DNA of 64,000 nt from an uncultured Nitrospinota bacterium (GCA_963707985.1 CAVPRW010000014.1:224001-288000); one strand, 5' to 3'. Positions 9,574-20,406 are shown, counted from the stretch's first letter. A program made the numbers and translations. The notes: generated by a model from the letters alone, not told the origin.

Positions 9574-10578
9574 ATGGCCTATTCGATCGGTCAGAATCCA
9601 GATTCAAGCGTTACGTCGGTGTCGTCGCGCCATCCCATCGATCAGGTGTCACCCGTTCCTGCACGGATCCTCGTGGTTGACGACGAGGAGGATATACGGC
9701 AGATCATCGTCGACACCCTCGGGCATGACGGGTATCTGGTCTGTGAAGCCCACGACGGAACTGCGGCCCTGGAATGCTTAGAACGCGAGTCGTTCGCACT
9801 GGTCATCATGGATATCGTCATGCCACACCTCGATGGCCTGAGTGTGATCAAAATCGCCGGGCAGCGCGGCTATCGTAGCACCTATGTCGTCATGTCGAGC
9901 TATACCACCTGGGACTTGGCGGCCGAGGCGATGAAGTTAGGCGCGGCCGATTATCTCCCTAAGCCCTTTCCCCTGGAGCTTCTCCGCCTAGTGGTTGGGC
10001 GTGCCCTACACGTCCAACGGGTGGCTGAGCGCGCCCAACAGGCCGATCTCTATGAAAAGCTGGCCCACACGGATGGTTTGACAGAGCTCTATAACTATCG
10101 ATTTTTCCAGCAGCTCTTGAGTGTTGAGCTCAATCGGGCAAAGCGCTTCAACCGTGCCTTGTCCTTGATTATGGCAGACCTCGATCACTTTAAGGCCTAC
10201 AACGACATTTATGGACACCAAGCGGGGGATCAGGCCCTGCAACAGATCGGCGCCTTACTGCGGCGTTCGAGCCGCAGCTATGACCTGGTAGCCCGTTATG
10301 GCGGCGATGAATTCGTCATCATCTTGCCCGAGACCTCCAAGAAGCTGGCCGGTGAGGTCGCCGAGCGTGTGCGCCTGGGGATTGAGCACGCCAGCATTAC
10401 AGGCGACCCCCAAGGGCCCGCTGGCCATTTCACAGTCAGTCTTGGAATCGCGACCTTTCCAGAGGATGCGATGGAGCAGAGCGATCTGATCCGTAAGGCT
10501 GATCTGGCCCTGTACCAGGCGAAGAGCGGCGGACGCAATCGCATCGTGACGTATGACGAAGGACCCCCACCAGGGTAG
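9574..10578 (+). CDS. Response-regulator diguanylate cyclase (REC-GGDEF)
   Basis: REC domain (ILVVDDE, MDIVMP, YLPKPF), DGLTELYN, and an RxxD I-site (RSYD) before GGDEF. A TTGACG-17-TATGGT promoter lies at 9438. Start codon uncertain. Confidence 0.93.
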   Translation: MAYSIGQNPDSSVTSVSSRHPIDQVSPVPARILVVDDEEDIRQIIVDTLGHDGYLVCEAHDGTAALECLERESFALVIMDIVMPHLDGLSVIKIAGQRGYRSTYVVMSSYTTWDLAAEAMKLGAADYLPKPFPLELLRLVVGRALHVQRVAERAQQADLYEKLAHTDGLTELYNYRFFQQLLSVELNRAKRFNRALSLIMADLDHFKAYNDIYGHQAGDQALQQIGALLRRSSRSYDLVARYGGDEFVIILPETSKKLAGEVAERVRLGIEHASITGDPQGPAGHFTVSLGIATFPEDAMEQSDLIRKADLALYQAKSGGRNRIVTYDEGPPPG

Positions 10579-10735
10579 CAGCGCTCGGCTCAGGTCGTGA
10601 GGCGGGTATTCTCCGTGCAGAGCCCCCGTAGTGACCACGCCCTTGGGTCCCATACAGCCCCCGACGCAGGCGACAGCTCGCCCCATGGACTCCTGAGGAA
10701 CCTGATCTGAGGCGGGGAGCCAGAGAAATTTCTGC

Positions 10736-10764
10736 TTGACCCCCAGAGATTCGGTTGCTAGAAT
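10736..10764 (+). promoter_or_regulatory. Putative sigma70 promoter TTGACC-17-TAGAAT
   Basis: Consensus-like hexamers upstream of the LysM/M23 gene. Confidence 0.55.
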
Positions 10765-10862
10765 CAAAATCCCCTCAGGACAATCGTCGCAAAGCCGTGT
10801 AGTCCTCACGACGACCTTCGGCCATCGCTGAAACTGCAGATACCAGCCAAGAGGAGGCAACG

Positions 10863-11777
10863 ATGCGGCATTGGGAACACCACCGCACACGATCGAAAGT
10901 GGCGTTGCTTCTACTGATCAATCTCGTGGCGCTCCTCGGTGGGAAATATCTGGCGCTGATCACCATCGTCAAGATCGAGTTGTTTGGCGAAGCCATAGCC
11001 TTCGCCAAAGCGCCTAAGAAGAAACTGCCGAAAGCCCACCTTAACCGTGCGCAGCGCGGTCATTCCCCACCGCCTGCCGTCACCTGGTCGTTCCCCAGGC
11101 TCGCCGGAGAATACCCACGCTCACGCGAGCGCTTGCATGTGATTCGCCCCGGCGAGACGCTGTCAGAGATCGCCGCCGCCTATGGGCTCAGTGTCGAGGC
11201 TTTGCGGCGAGTGAATCGCCTCTCCCCGACGGGTCATCCTCTCGTCGGAGAAAGCCTGCGCATTCCCACCACCACGAGCCCCCAAAGCATCGCCGAGTCC
11301 CATCCATCCTCTATTGCGAGCGAGGCCACCCTCTTGCTGGCGCTACAGCGTCACCTTGAGCGCCAACCCCAGACTCCGCCTAAGAACCGCCATGGCTTCA
11401 TCTGGCCGGTGGTGGGCCAAGTCACCTCGCCCTTTGGCGAGCGCGAGCATGCGATGGGCGGTGGCGGAGCACAATTCCATGCAGGTATCGACATCAGTGT
11501 CCTACCGGGGACTCCGATAGTGGCGGCGCAAGAAGGAACGGTCGCGTTTGCGGGGTATAATGGAGCTTACGGCAAGGTGGTCAAGCTCGACCACGCCAAT
11601 GGCTTCTCAACCCTGTATGCCCATAATTCACGGCTCCTCGTCTACGTCGGCCAGACTATCGAAGCGGGTCAGGTCATCTGCCTCAGCGGCAGTACCGGTC
11701 GCTCAACTGGCCCTCATCTGCACTTTGAAGTCCATAAAGATGGATGGCCAGTGGACCCTTTACCGTACCTCGAGTGA
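10863..11777 (+). CDS. LysM + M23 family peptidoglycan endopeptidase
   Basis: N-terminal TM, LysM (HVIRPGETLSEIAAAYG), and M23 motifs HAGID, LYAH and STGPHLHFEV. GAGGAGG RBS. Confidence 0.93.
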   Translation: MRHWEHHRTRSKVALLLLINLVALLGGKYLALITIVKIELFGEAIAFAKAPKKKLPKAHLNRAQRGHSPPPAVTWSFPRLAGEYPRSRERLHVIRPGETLSEIAAAYGLSVEALRRVNRLSPTGHPLVGESLRIPTTTSPQSIAESHPSSIASEATLLLALQRHLERQPQTPPKNRHGFIWPVVGQVTSPFGEREHAMGGGGAQFHAGIDISVLPGTPIVAAQEGTVAFAGYNGAYGKVVKLDHANGFSTLYAHNSRLLVYVGQTIEAGQVICLSGSTGRSTGPHLHFEVHKDGWPVDPLPYLE

Positions 11778-11837
11778 GGTCAATCCTGTATTCAAGCCCT
11801 TTGCCGACTCTCTGTGCCCCCTAAACCGCACTTTCTC

Positions 11838-11866
11838 TTGACATCGCGCCAATAATTGTGTAGAAA
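11838..11866 (+). promoter_or_regulatory. Putative sigma70 promoter TTGACA-17-TAGAAA
   Basis: Perfect -35 hexamer and a -10-like hexamer upstream of HU. Confidence 0.6.
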
Positions 11867-11930
11867 AGAGCGTGAACACTGTGGTTCGGGGGCAATGCCT
11901 TCGCCAAACCCTAGGCATAAGGAGGAATCC

Positions 11931-12224
11931 ATGAACAAGGCTGAGCTTGTTTCCGCGATGGCCAAGGAAGCGGGCATCACCAAAGGACAGGCGGAAAGGG
12001 CACTGAACTGCATGCAATCCTCGGTTGTCGACGCCATCCGCAAGGGCGAGAAGGTCACCCTGGTGGGTTTTGGCACCTTCTCCTCCGTGCAGCGCAAGGC
12101 AAGAACTGGGCGCAATCCACAGACTGGATCGGAAATTAAGATTCCAGCGAAGCGAGTGCCCAAATTTGCGCCGGGGGTCTCACTGCGCGATGCAGCATCG
12201 AAAGGGCGGGCACGCAAGAAGTGA
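11931..12224 (+). CDS. hup: HU family DNA-binding protein
   Basis: MNKAELV, VTLVGFGTF, RTGRNPQTG and KIPAKRVPKF. AAGGAGG RBS. Confidence 0.97.
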   Translation: MNKAELVSAMAKEAGITKGQAERALNCMQSSVVDAIRKGEKVTLVGFGTFSSVQRKARTGRNPQTGSEIKIPAKRVPKFAPGVSLRDAASKGRARKK

Positions 12225-12496
12225 CGAGTGGCTCCTGTGGAAACAGGTGACGCATGGGCAGGATCGGGTTGCGCCTATCGCTGGTGCGAACGTCCTGCCC
12301 GTGCCTAGACCACGGATCAAAGTAACGCCTTAATCGGCCTGAGGCACTCAGGCCATGTGCCTCACGTGAGTCCTCTGTCGCACTCTTACCGAGGTATTGG
12401 TTCCACCGTCTGGCACTCGAACTCCCCTTGGACACGAAGCATGTCCATACTGCTAGATCGAATCCTCAGGCCGCACATGGCCTCAGCTCTCGACGG

Positions 12497-13585
12497 TTAG
12501 CGGGAGTTCTGTCTTGACAGGGCTTCGGTACCATTGTCGGTGCTAGACGGAGACGGTCTTCCCTGCAGTTGCATCAGTTCACCTCGCAACTGTGCCAATG
12601 CGTCAAGGAGTTCGCCTCGGGCCGACGGCACGTGCCTGGAGGTTCGGGCCTGCAGTCGAGTAGGTTCGGCGTCCTGCGCATGAGTGAGGTCACGTGTATT
12701 GCCTGGGGCCCATAGGCGAAACCGCCGTCGTGTCTTCTGTACTACGCGCACCCGACGCATGATAGCCATAGGCACCAACGCTTCATTCGTCGCCCGTGAC
12801 CGCGGATCCGGCTGCAGCGCCGGCAGGAAGGGCAGCTCAGCGGCAAGTTGTTCGCGCATCCGCCCTATCGACGAGCTCAGTGCTTCTCGCCGCCGCCGTT
12901 CCCGCTCAATAGCGCTCCGTTGCCTCATGTACCCCATGGCGAGGGATGCGACCGAGACCATGAAGAATCCCCCCAGTACTAGCGTCGACACGGCTGTAAT
13001 GGCATTCCCAGCACGATCCTCATTGGGGGGTGAACCCACCTCCCACGGTGCGACTCGTTCGACCATGTTGTGGATTTCCTGACGAATCCCCTCGATCTCG
13101 CGTTCGACCATGTTTTGATTGGAGGCTCCCGCCACCGCAGGGGCCACTGGCATAGCCTCGAGGTAAGGACGATCGCGGTTTTTCGCCTTGACTGGTAGGG
13201 ACAGGTTCGATGCGGGCGCCATGTCCACCCGTATACGGGCCGCCTGTAGCTCGCTCGTCAGAAATAAGCGGTTTAGTGTTTGCCCGCCATAACTGACTTC
13301 TAGTTCGACATCCGACAGGGCGCGAAGACGGAGTTCAACCACATGCTGCTTAACGAATGCGAGGGTATCAGGGGGGTGCCGGACCTTCACCGCGGCGATA
13401 GCCGAAGCGTCATACGGTGGGGTGAGGATAGGAAGGCGAAAGATATACAGAGGAGCGTTGCTCGGTACTGCCTGTAATTCACCCAATTCAATGGCAAGTA
13501 CCTGGCTCCCCCCCATTATGCTTGCCACCACCAGCGCGATGGTGGTCACCCCCATCGCCACTGCCCTCCTCCGTACCCAGCTCAT
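12497..13585 (-). CDS. Hypothetical membrane-anchored protein (signal peptide, central TM, coiled coils; N-terminus weakly FimV-like)
   Basis: Long ORF with a signal peptide ending VLA-IELGELQ and a TM segment VSTLVLGGFFMVSVASLAMGY. Confidence 0.6.
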   Translation of the reverse strand: MSWVRRRAVAMGVTTIALVVASIMGGSQVLAIELGELQAVPSNAPLYIFRLPILTPPYDASAIAAVKVRHPPDTLAFVKQHVVELRLRALSDVELEVSYGGQTLNRLFLTSELQAARIRVDMAPASNLSLPVKAKNRDRPYLEAMPVAPAVAGASNQNMVEREIEGIRQEIHNMVERVAPWEVGSPPNEDRAGNAITAVSTLVLGGFFMVSVASLAMGYMRQRSAIERERRRREALSSSIGRMREQLAAELPFLPALQPDPRSRATNEALVPMAIMRRVRVVQKTRRRFRLWAPGNTRDLTHAQDAEPTRLQARTSRHVPSARGELLDALAQLRGELMQLQGRPSPSSTDNGTEALSRQNSR

Positions 13586-13771
13586 AGACACGCCCCCAGC
13601 TGGATCGCATCTCCTTGCAAACCAACCTGTACAGTGCTATGACTAACGCTTACGGACAGGAGAGGATAGGGTAACCAACCGACGGGATAGAGCATCACTA
13701 ACCTATCATAGGCTGCTGCCTCTGTCAACCGACAACATAGCTCCAGACGACACATCGGAGAGCTGCACAAC

Positions 13772-15166
13772 ATGGATGCGACGACGTTCGCAGACAAGCG
13801 CATTACGATCATGGGGCTGGGATTTTTCGGGGGTTCAATCGGTTTGGCACGATATCTGGTATCACAGGGGGCCCAGGTGACGATCACCGATCTCAAACCA
13901 GCAGCCGAGCTCCAGGACTCTATTGCGGCGCTGCGTGGGCTCCCGGTGCGGTTTGTGCTGGGGGGGCATGAGGTGCGGGACTTCACGGACGTCGACATGG
14001 TGTTTGCGAGCCCAGCCGTGCGCCAGGACTCCGCCTATCTCATCGCCGCCCGTGCCCAGGGTGTGCCGATCGATACCGAGATGAACCTGTTCATGCGGCT
14101 CTGTCGTGGTTCCGTCATCGGGGTGACTGGGAGTAATGGCAAGACGACAACGACCAGCCTGATCGGCGCGGTCCTGCGGGCGGCGAACCCACGGACGCAG
14201 GTCGGGGGGAATATCGGTCGCTCCCTGCTCCCCGAGGTGGGAGTCATCGAGCCGGGCGACCCTGTGGTGTTGGAGCTCTCCAGTTTTCAGCTCGCGGATC
14301 TCGCCGCGGTTGGACGTAGTCCACATATCGGCCTCTTCCTCAACCTCTCTCCCAACCACCTCGATCGGCACGGCACCATGGAGGCCTATCTGGCGGCGAA
14401 GACGCAAATTTTTGCCGATCAAGGACCTGATGATGTCGCCATCCTCAATGCCGATGATCCGCACCTGCACCCGCTCGTCGGCCGTCTGCGCAGTCAGGTG
14501 CGCCTGTTCAGTGGTGTGCATGCGGTCGAGGAGGGGGCCTATGTCGAAGGCGATCGTCTCGTCGTCGCCCACTCAGGAATGGCGTTGGAGGTATGCCGCC
14601 TGGGGGACATCCCGCTTCTTGGGCGGCATAATGTGGCGAATGTCCTGGCTGCAGTGGCGGCAGCTGATGCCTGGGGGGTTTCAGCCGCGGTGATGCGGGC
14701 TGCGATCCGCACCTTCCCCGGCGTGGAGCATCGCCTTGAACACGTGCGTGCGCTGCATGGCGTCAGTTTTTACAACGACTCGATCGCCACCACACCTACT
14801 GGTACGCTGGCCGCCTTGGCAGCGATTCAACAGCCCATCTGGCTCATCGCTGGGGGCTATGATAAGGGCCTGCCCTTTCAAGCCTTGGGGGAGGGTATCG
14901 TGCAATGCACCAAAGGTGTATTTCTCATCGGCAGGACCGCGCCGAAGATCGCCCAGGCCATCACCCATGCCCGCCCGCCGGGGAGTGACCTGCCGGTCGT
15001 CCACTTGTGTGCTGATTTACGGGAGGCGGTGCTGGCAGCCTTCGGCGCCGCACGCCCTGGAGAGGTGGTGCTGTTGTCACCAGCCTGCGCCAGCTACGAT
15101 CAGTTTCGCAACTTCGTCGAGCGTGGTCGTCTCTTCAAGCAGCTCGTGTGCGCATTAGATACCTAA
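13772..15166 (+). CDS. murD: UDP-N-acetylmuramoyl-L-alanine--D-glutamate ligase
   Basis: GLG Rossmann-like start, GVTGSNGKTTT, GGNIG, VLELSSFQL, NHLDRH, HRLE, YNDSIAT and LLSPACASYDQF. Confidence 0.95.
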   Translation: MDATTFADKRITIMGLGFFGGSIGLARYLVSQGAQVTITDLKPAAELQDSIAALRGLPVRFVLGGHEVRDFTDVDMVFASPAVRQDSAYLIAARAQGVPIDTEMNLFMRLCRGSVIGVTGSNGKTTTTSLIGAVLRAANPRTQVGGNIGRSLLPEVGVIEPGDPVVLELSSFQLADLAAVGRSPHIGLFLNLSPNHLDRHGTMEAYLAAKTQIFADQGPDDVAILNADDPHLHPLVGRLRSQVRLFSGVHAVEEGAYVEGDRLVVAHSGMALEVCRLGDIPLLGRHNVANVLAAVAAADAWGVSAAVMRAAIRTFPGVEHRLEHVRALHGVSFYNDSIATTPTGTLAALAAIQQPIWLIAGGYDKGLPFQALGEGIVQCTKGVFLIGRTAPKIAQAITHARPPGSDLPVVHLCADLREAVLAAFGAARPGEVVLLSPACASYDQFRNFVERGRLFKQLVCALDT

Positions 15167-15322
15167 CACGCGCCTCACGCAGTGACTCCAATCGTGGTCC
15201 CGCGCCTGGCACTGATGACTGTGCCGAAAGCTCCTTGCAATCGCTGTGACTGTTCCGTATAGTAAGACGCCTGAGGGAATCAGAACCGGTTCACGTCGCC
15301 ACCTGCTCGGGAGCCGAGACTT

Positions 15323-15775
15323 ATGCAACTGCGCAAAAGGTGCTTCCCACGCGGTCTGTTACAGGGAATCGTGGCGTGGTTGACCGTGCTGGCACTGGTA
15401 GGGTGTTCCTACAAGCCAGGCTATCTCACGGGCGTGAAGACCGAAGTACCCCAGCGCTGGAAAGTTGAGAAGATTGCGCCTGGACGTCTTTCGGCGGACC
15501 AACAGGCGACCTTGGAAGATCGTGGGCCCCCCACGTATGTGCGGTTTTTTCGCGAGGTCGAGACCCGGCATCCGGTTTATGCCTGGATTTACGCCGATAC
15601 AGGGGAAGCCGTCAATGTAGTCTGGTTCGTCGACGGCAAACGTGTAGAGAATATCGCCGTCGATAGCGATCCCTCGGCCTTTAGCTCAACCACCCGCCGC
15701 CGCACCCGCATCGCCTTGCTGGTCGGTACGGGCGCGGCCATTCTCCCTAGCGTGTTGCTGCTCTCCAACCGTTGA
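15323..15775 (+). CDS. Hypothetical lipoprotein
   Basis: Lipobox LVGC and a C-terminal hydrophobic stretch. A TTGCAA-17-TATAGT promoter lies at 15235. Confidence 0.7.
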   Translation: MQLRKRCFPRGLLQGIVAWLTVLALVGCSYKPGYLTGVKTEVPQRWKVEKIAPGRLSADQQATLEDRGPPTYVRFFREVETRHPVYAWIYADTGEAVNVVWFVDGKRVENIAVDSDPSAFSSTTRRRTRIALLVGTGAAILPSVLLLSNR

Positions 15776-15824
15776 GCGCTGATTGCTGCTGAGACGCCAG
15801 CCCAGATATGCTGGTGCGTGTATC

Positions 15825-17183
15825 TCAGCCTAGATGCTCCTGTAGCTTCTCAACTAACCTCTCGATACTGACCCGCTCTTGGGCCATAGAATCACGTTCA
15901 CGCACGGTCACGGTGTTATCGACCAGGGTCTCCGAATCAACCGTGATACCGTACGGTGTGCCGATCTCATCCTGCCGTCGGTAGCGCCGACCGATCGCCC
16001 CAGCTTCATCGTAGAATACCTTGAAATGCGGCCGTAGCATGGCCGTCACGCGGTGGGCGATCTCCGGCATGCCATCGCGTTTGACCAAGGGGAAAATGGC
16101 GGCTTTGATCGGAGCTAGCACGGGGGAGAGGTGTAGAACCACCCGCTCCGCTTCCTCGTCATAGGCGTCGATGAGACAGGTCAATAAGGTGCGGTCAACG
16201 CCGGCAGAGGTCTCGATGATATACGGAACGAAACGCTCCCGCGTGGCTTCATCGAAGTATGACAAGTCCTTGCCGCTGAATTGCTGATGCTGGGTGAGGT
16301 CAAAGTCACCCCGATTGTGAATGCCTTCCAGTTCCCGCCAGCCAAACGGATACTGGTACTCGAGATCGAATGCGGCGCGCGCGTAGTGCGCCAGCTCTTG
16401 CGGGCTGTGCTGATGAAACCGCAAGTGTTCTGGTTTGATACCCAGGCTAAGATACCAGTTGAACCGTGCTTCCCGCCAATGCTCAAACCACTCCATGGCG
16501 GTGTCGGGTTTGACGAAAAATTGCATCTCCATCTGCTCGAACTCACGCGAGCGAAAGATGAAGTTGCCTGGAGAGATTTCATTGCGGAAGGCTTTGCCGA
16601 TCTGGCCGATGCCGAAGGGGATCTTTTGGCGTGACGGCTGCAGCACATTACGAAAATTGACGTAGATCCCCTGCGCGGTTTCAGGTCTCAGGTAGATACG
16701 TGCCCCTTCATCTTCTACAGGGCCAATGTAGGTTTGAAACATCAAATTGAACAGCCGCGGTTCGGTCAATTCTCCTGGACATCCCGCCGTGCCCGGTGCG
16801 ACACTCGGCTTGCGCGGACAGCTCGCCTCTCCCACCTGATCGGTGCGAAATCGCTGCTTGCAAAGTTTGCAATCCACCATCGGATCGCTAAAGCCGGCGA
16901 CGTGACCAGAAGCTTCCCACACCCGTGGGTGCATCAGAATGGCGGCGTCGATCCCCTCGATGTCATCGCGGAGGCGGGTCATGCTGCGCCACCACCATGC
17001 CTTGATATTGTTCTTCAACTCAACGCCGAGTGGTCCATAGTCCCAGCAACTGTTGATGCCCCCGTAGATCTCGCTGGATGGAAATATAAAACCACGACGT
17101 TTGCACAGTGCTACAAGCTTGTCCATCACATTGCTACGTTCGAATGCGTGAGCTGGTTGCACTTCGTGTTCCTCGGAATCCAC
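15825..17183 (-). CDS. glyQS: Glycine--tRNA ligase (homodimeric alpha2 type)
   Basis: [46 protein letters not shown] and [14 protein letters not shown]. Confidence 0.97.
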   Translation of the reverse strand: MDSEEHEVQPAHAFERSNVMDKLVALCKRRGFIFPSSEIYGGINSCWDYGPLGVELKNNIKAWWWRSMTRLRDDIEGIDAAILMHPRVWEASGHVAGFSDPMVDCKLCKQRFRTDQVGEASCPRKPSVAPGTAGCPGELTEPRLFNLMFQTYIGPVEDEGARIYLRPETAQGIYVNFRNVLQPSRQKIPFGIGQIGKAFRNEISPGNFIFRSREFEQMEMQFFVKPDTAMEWFEHWREARFNWYLSLGIKPEHLRFHQHSPQELAHYARAAFDLEYQYPFGWRELEGIHNRGDFDLTQHQQFSGKDLSYFDEATRERFVPYIIETSAGVDRTLLTCLIDAYDEEAERVVLHLSPVLAPIKAAIFPLVKRDGMPEIAHRVTAMLRPHFKVFYDEAGAIGRRYRRQDEIGTPYGITVDSETLVDNTVTVRERDSMAQERVSIERLVEKLQEHLG

Positions 17184-17309
17184 ACCCCCTCCTTTATGCT
17201 GTTCGCCTGAGCAGGTTTCTGATTCATCGGTGGTTGCGAACGACCTCCTGATCCAGCGGTTCTTTTGACCAACTGTAAGGCTTCAGCTAGGCATTATCAA
17301 GACCTTGGG

Positions 17310-19088
17310 TTAGAGCGCTGGCGGCTTCAAGATCTGCTGCTGTATCGACTGGGCCATGAGGGTGAAGCCCAACGCCGACACCACCACGGCCATGCCAGGA
17401 AATAAGACGATCGCCGGATTCACATGCAGATACGGTAAATTAGCCTTGAGATCCCCCCCCCAGCTTGGAATCAGCGGCAGCAGGCCGATGTCGAGAAAGT
17501 TCAAGGTGGCTTCGAGGATGATGGCGCTGCCAAGCGCGTGTAACCAGAGAGCGGCCATCAGGGCAGTGGCGGGGAAGACACGTCGGCGCCCACCGGTGTC
17601 TCCTCGTAAGAATGCGGCGGCCATGTGCGGAGTCAGGGCCGCGGTCAGCGCCACCATCTCCTGCCAGTGCCCCTGTCCCAGGAGCGTCATCAACAGCAGT
17701 CCGAGGAGCAACGGCGGAAACGTCTCGATGACCCGCACGACAGGGGTCATCAGGGCAATCCCCAGGTGGTGTACCAACCGTGGCACGTAACCGAGGAGAC
17801 TCGCCAGTATGAGGGCTCCGGTCGCGCTCGCACCGGCTATCATCAAGGTATAGCGGCCACCATGAATGACGCGGCTAAGGATGTCGCGACCGAGCAAATC
17901 GGACCCCATCCAATACTGCGTGGTGGGCGGTTGCAAACGATCTTTCATATGCACTTCATCCGGTAGATAGGGCGCAATGGAGCTCGCACACACGGTGGTG
18001 GCGGCCAGGGCCAGAACCAGTACGGCGCCCAGGAAGAACTTGTCCTGCATGAACAAGCGACCCAAGCCTGAAGGGGATTTCGGCAGTGGTTCATCGTTCA
18101 GTTTGGCGGCCTGCCGACCGAGACGGCGTGTTCGGGCAGCTTCGAGACCTTCCACGACGGCGCGTGTGACCGCGTAGGCACCGACAACGATCATCAAAAA
18201 GGCCTGGATTTTGGGATGGTCCCGCCGGACAAAGGCCTCGATGCCGAAATCGCCGAAGCCCGGAATTGTAAAGATTTTCTCCGCGAGCAACACGCTTCCG
18301 AGCAGCCACGGCACTGATTGCAGCAAAACCACCGCGCTATGGCCGAGAGCCCGGACAAATACTCTTCCGAAGCCACCATTGGCGAGGTCGGATGGTACGA
18401 CACCACCGTAGTCAGATACATGACCAGCCACAACCAGGCGAGCTGCCACACGGGGACCGATGATCATGCCATACAATACCGCCACCGACAGGGCTGGTAA
18501 CAACAATTGTCGATAGGCCTGCCAGGGACGCTCGGCGAAAAACGCAAAACCACCGACGGGAAACCACTCCAGGTGCCAGACAAAGAAAAACTTCATGAGA
18601 ATAGCGCCGTAGAAGTCCGGGAAACCGCCCGCCAATACACATAGTCCCTGCCCGCGGCCAGTGTATGGCCGTTCCCGTGGATAGATCGCCACCAGGGCAA
18701 AGAACGCGCCGATCAGGACCGTTAAACAAAAAATCTCGCCCAAGAGCTTGAGCGTCAGCGGTAGAGTGAATTCAACCTCGCGGATAACAGGGCGTCCGGT
18801 AAATTTCGATCGCCCCCACTCACCCTCCACCCAATGACGTAACCAGCGTCCATATTGTTCATAAAGCGGTTGGTCGAAGCCATAGTGCTCACGCAACGCT
18901 GTTGCACGCTCAGCGGTGTACGGCCAACCAATCAAAGCTCGTTCCGGGCCTCCCGGGGCCAGATGGGGAATGATGAAAATGATGGTGAGCACTCCAAAGA
19001 GCACCACAATAAGGCCGAGCAGATGCCTGATGAGGTTAAAAGCTATGGCACGCACACAGACCCTCCAAGCCGATGCCATTATTATCAT
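17310..19088 (-). CDS. Fused peptide/nickel ABC transporter permease (DppB-like + DppC-like)
   Basis: N-half HLAPGGP..GFDQPLYEQY..EKIFTIPGFG..RDHPKIQ. C-half LQPP..MGSDLLGRDILSRVIHG..EATLNFL..PSWG. Confidence 0.85.
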   Translation of the reverse strand: MIIMASAWRVCVRAIAFNLIRHLLGLIVVLFGVLTIIFIIPHLAPGGPERALIGWPYTAERATALREHYGFDQPLYEQYGRWLRHWVEGEWGRSKFTGRPVIREVEFTLPLTLKLLGEIFCLTVLIGAFFALVAIYPRERPYTGRGQGLCVLAGGFPDFYGAILMKFFFVWHLEWFPVGGFAFFAERPWQAYRQLLLPALSVAVLYGMIIGPRVAARLVVAGHVSDYGGVVPSDLANGGFGRVFVRALGHSAVVLLQSVPWLLGSVLLAEKIFTIPGFGDFGIEAFVRRDHPKIQAFLMIVVGAYAVTRAVVEGLEAARTRRLGRQAAKLNDEPLPKSPSGLGRLFMQDKFFLGAVLVLALAATTVCASSIAPYLPDEVHMKDRLQPPTTQYWMGSDLLGRDILSRVIHGGRYTLMIAGASATGALILASLLGYVPRLVHHLGIALMTPVVRVIETFPPLLLGLLLMTLLGQGHWQEMVALTAALTPHMAAAFLRGDTGGRRRVFPATALMAALWLHALGSAIILEATLNFLDIGLLPLIPSWGGDLKANLPYLHVNPAIVLFPGMAVVVSALGFTLMAQSIQQQILKPPAL

Positions 19089-19211
19089 CCGGTTACTCGC
19101 CGGGTGTCAATCGCATTCCCGAAGCCTTGCATGAGTGTTGGAAGGCTTGCTAGAATATGCTGACTGATATCGTTGCGGCAGTCCTGTTTTTCCGTTGTGA
19201 TGAGGCATGCA

Positions 19212-20294
19212 ATGGCCAACATCGCCCCAGCCTTTCCCACCATGACCGATCTGAAAGACCTCTCTTTCACACAACTGCAGACATGGCTGGCCGACCGGGG
19301 TGTCGAAGGCTATCGTGCCAGGCAAGTCGCGCGCTGGGTGTTCAAGGTGGGTGTAACCCAAGTCTCCGACATGACTGATGTCCCCAAAGCGCTGCGACAG
19401 GCGCTGGAACAGCACGCTCAGATGACGCAGTTGCCTGGTCTCGTGGTCTACCAGGCGAGCGATGGGACGTGCAAGCTGCGTTATCAACTCGACGATGGGG
19501 CCGTGATTGAGAGCGTGTTGATTCGGGAGCCAACACGTCTCACCCTATGTGTGTCGACACAGGCGGGCTGCCGTATTGGCTGCGCCTTTTGTTTGACCAC
19601 CAAGGGCGGATTGCGACGCCATCTGCGTCCAGCCGAGATCGTCGACCAGATTATCCAGGCGCGCAAGCACCTCGATCCAGGCGAGCCATTGACCAATTTG
19701 GTATTCATGGGCATGGGGGAACCGTTCGACAATTACCTCCATACCGTCCAGGCGTTACATATCATCACCCACCCAGATGCCATGGGCTTTTCGCCCCGCC
19801 GTATCACCGTCTCGACCTCTGGGTTAGTGCCCGCCATCCGCAAATTTGGGGCCGAAGGGCTCCGGGTTAACCTCGCCGTTTCGCTCAACGCTCCCAACGA
19901 TGCCTTGCGCTCCCAGCTCATGCCGATCAATAAACGCTGGCCCATTCGCGAATTGCTGTCGGCGTGTCGGGAGTATCCGCTGCCGTCGGGTCGCCGCATC
20001 ACGTTCGAGTACGTGCTGTTAGCAGGGATCAATGACCATCCGGCGCATGCCGAGCAGGTGGCGCGTTTGCTGACAGGCTTGCGCTGCAAAATCAACCTTA
20101 TCCCCTTCAACGAATTCCCCGGTACCGCCTTTCAACGCCCTTCAGCGGAAACGGTCAAGCGCTTCCAGGCAATCCTGCTTGACCATTATTTTACCGCCAC
20201 CATCCGAGAGAGCCGCGGGCGGGAGATCGGTGCCGCCTGTGGTCAACTGGCGGAACGTTCACCGCTGGCGCCCTTCGCACTTGACACTGAATGA
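19212..20294 (+). CDS. rlmN: 23S rRNA (A2503-C2)/tRNA methyltransferase RlmN
   Basis: Radical SAM motif CRIGCAFC, plus MGMGEP, ITFEYVL, KINLIPFN and AACGQL. Confidence 0.96.
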   Translation: MANIAPAFPTMTDLKDLSFTQLQTWLADRGVEGYRARQVARWVFKVGVTQVSDMTDVPKALRQALEQHAQMTQLPGLVVYQASDGTCKLRYQLDDGAVIESVLIREPTRLTLCVSTQAGCRIGCAFCLTTKGGLRRHLRPAEIVDQIIQARKHLDPGEPLTNLVFMGMGEPFDNYLHTVQALHIITHPDAMGFSPRRITVSTSGLVPAIRKFGAEGLRVNLAVSLNAPNDALRSQLMPINKRWPIRELLSACREYPLPSGRRITFEYVLLAGINDHPAHAEQVARLLTGLRCKINLIPFNEFPGTAFQRPSAETVKRFQAILLDHYFTATIRESRGREIGAACGQLAERSPLAPFALDTE

Positions 20295-20309
20295 ACCGTT
20301 GGCTAGGAT
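20281..20309 (+). promoter_or_regulatory. Putative sigma70 promoter TTGACA-17-TAGGAT for coaD-aminotransferase
   Basis: Near-consensus promoter overlapping the 3' end of rlmN. Confidence 0.6.
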
Positions 20310-20406
20310 ACGCCAGCGTTTCCAGAACCCCAGCCGAGTGCTAGGGTTTCCGGCGGGAGCCGTCGAGGAGTCGACACAGGACCAGCGTGGAGGGGAAGGT
20401 CAGGTA

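Noticed and set aside
10770..10860. Possible c-di-GMP-I riboswitch (GTCGCAAAGCC) between the diguanylate cyclase and LysM genes
   Set aside because: It lacks the upstream GGCAAA..GAAA hairpin and the other conserved elements.
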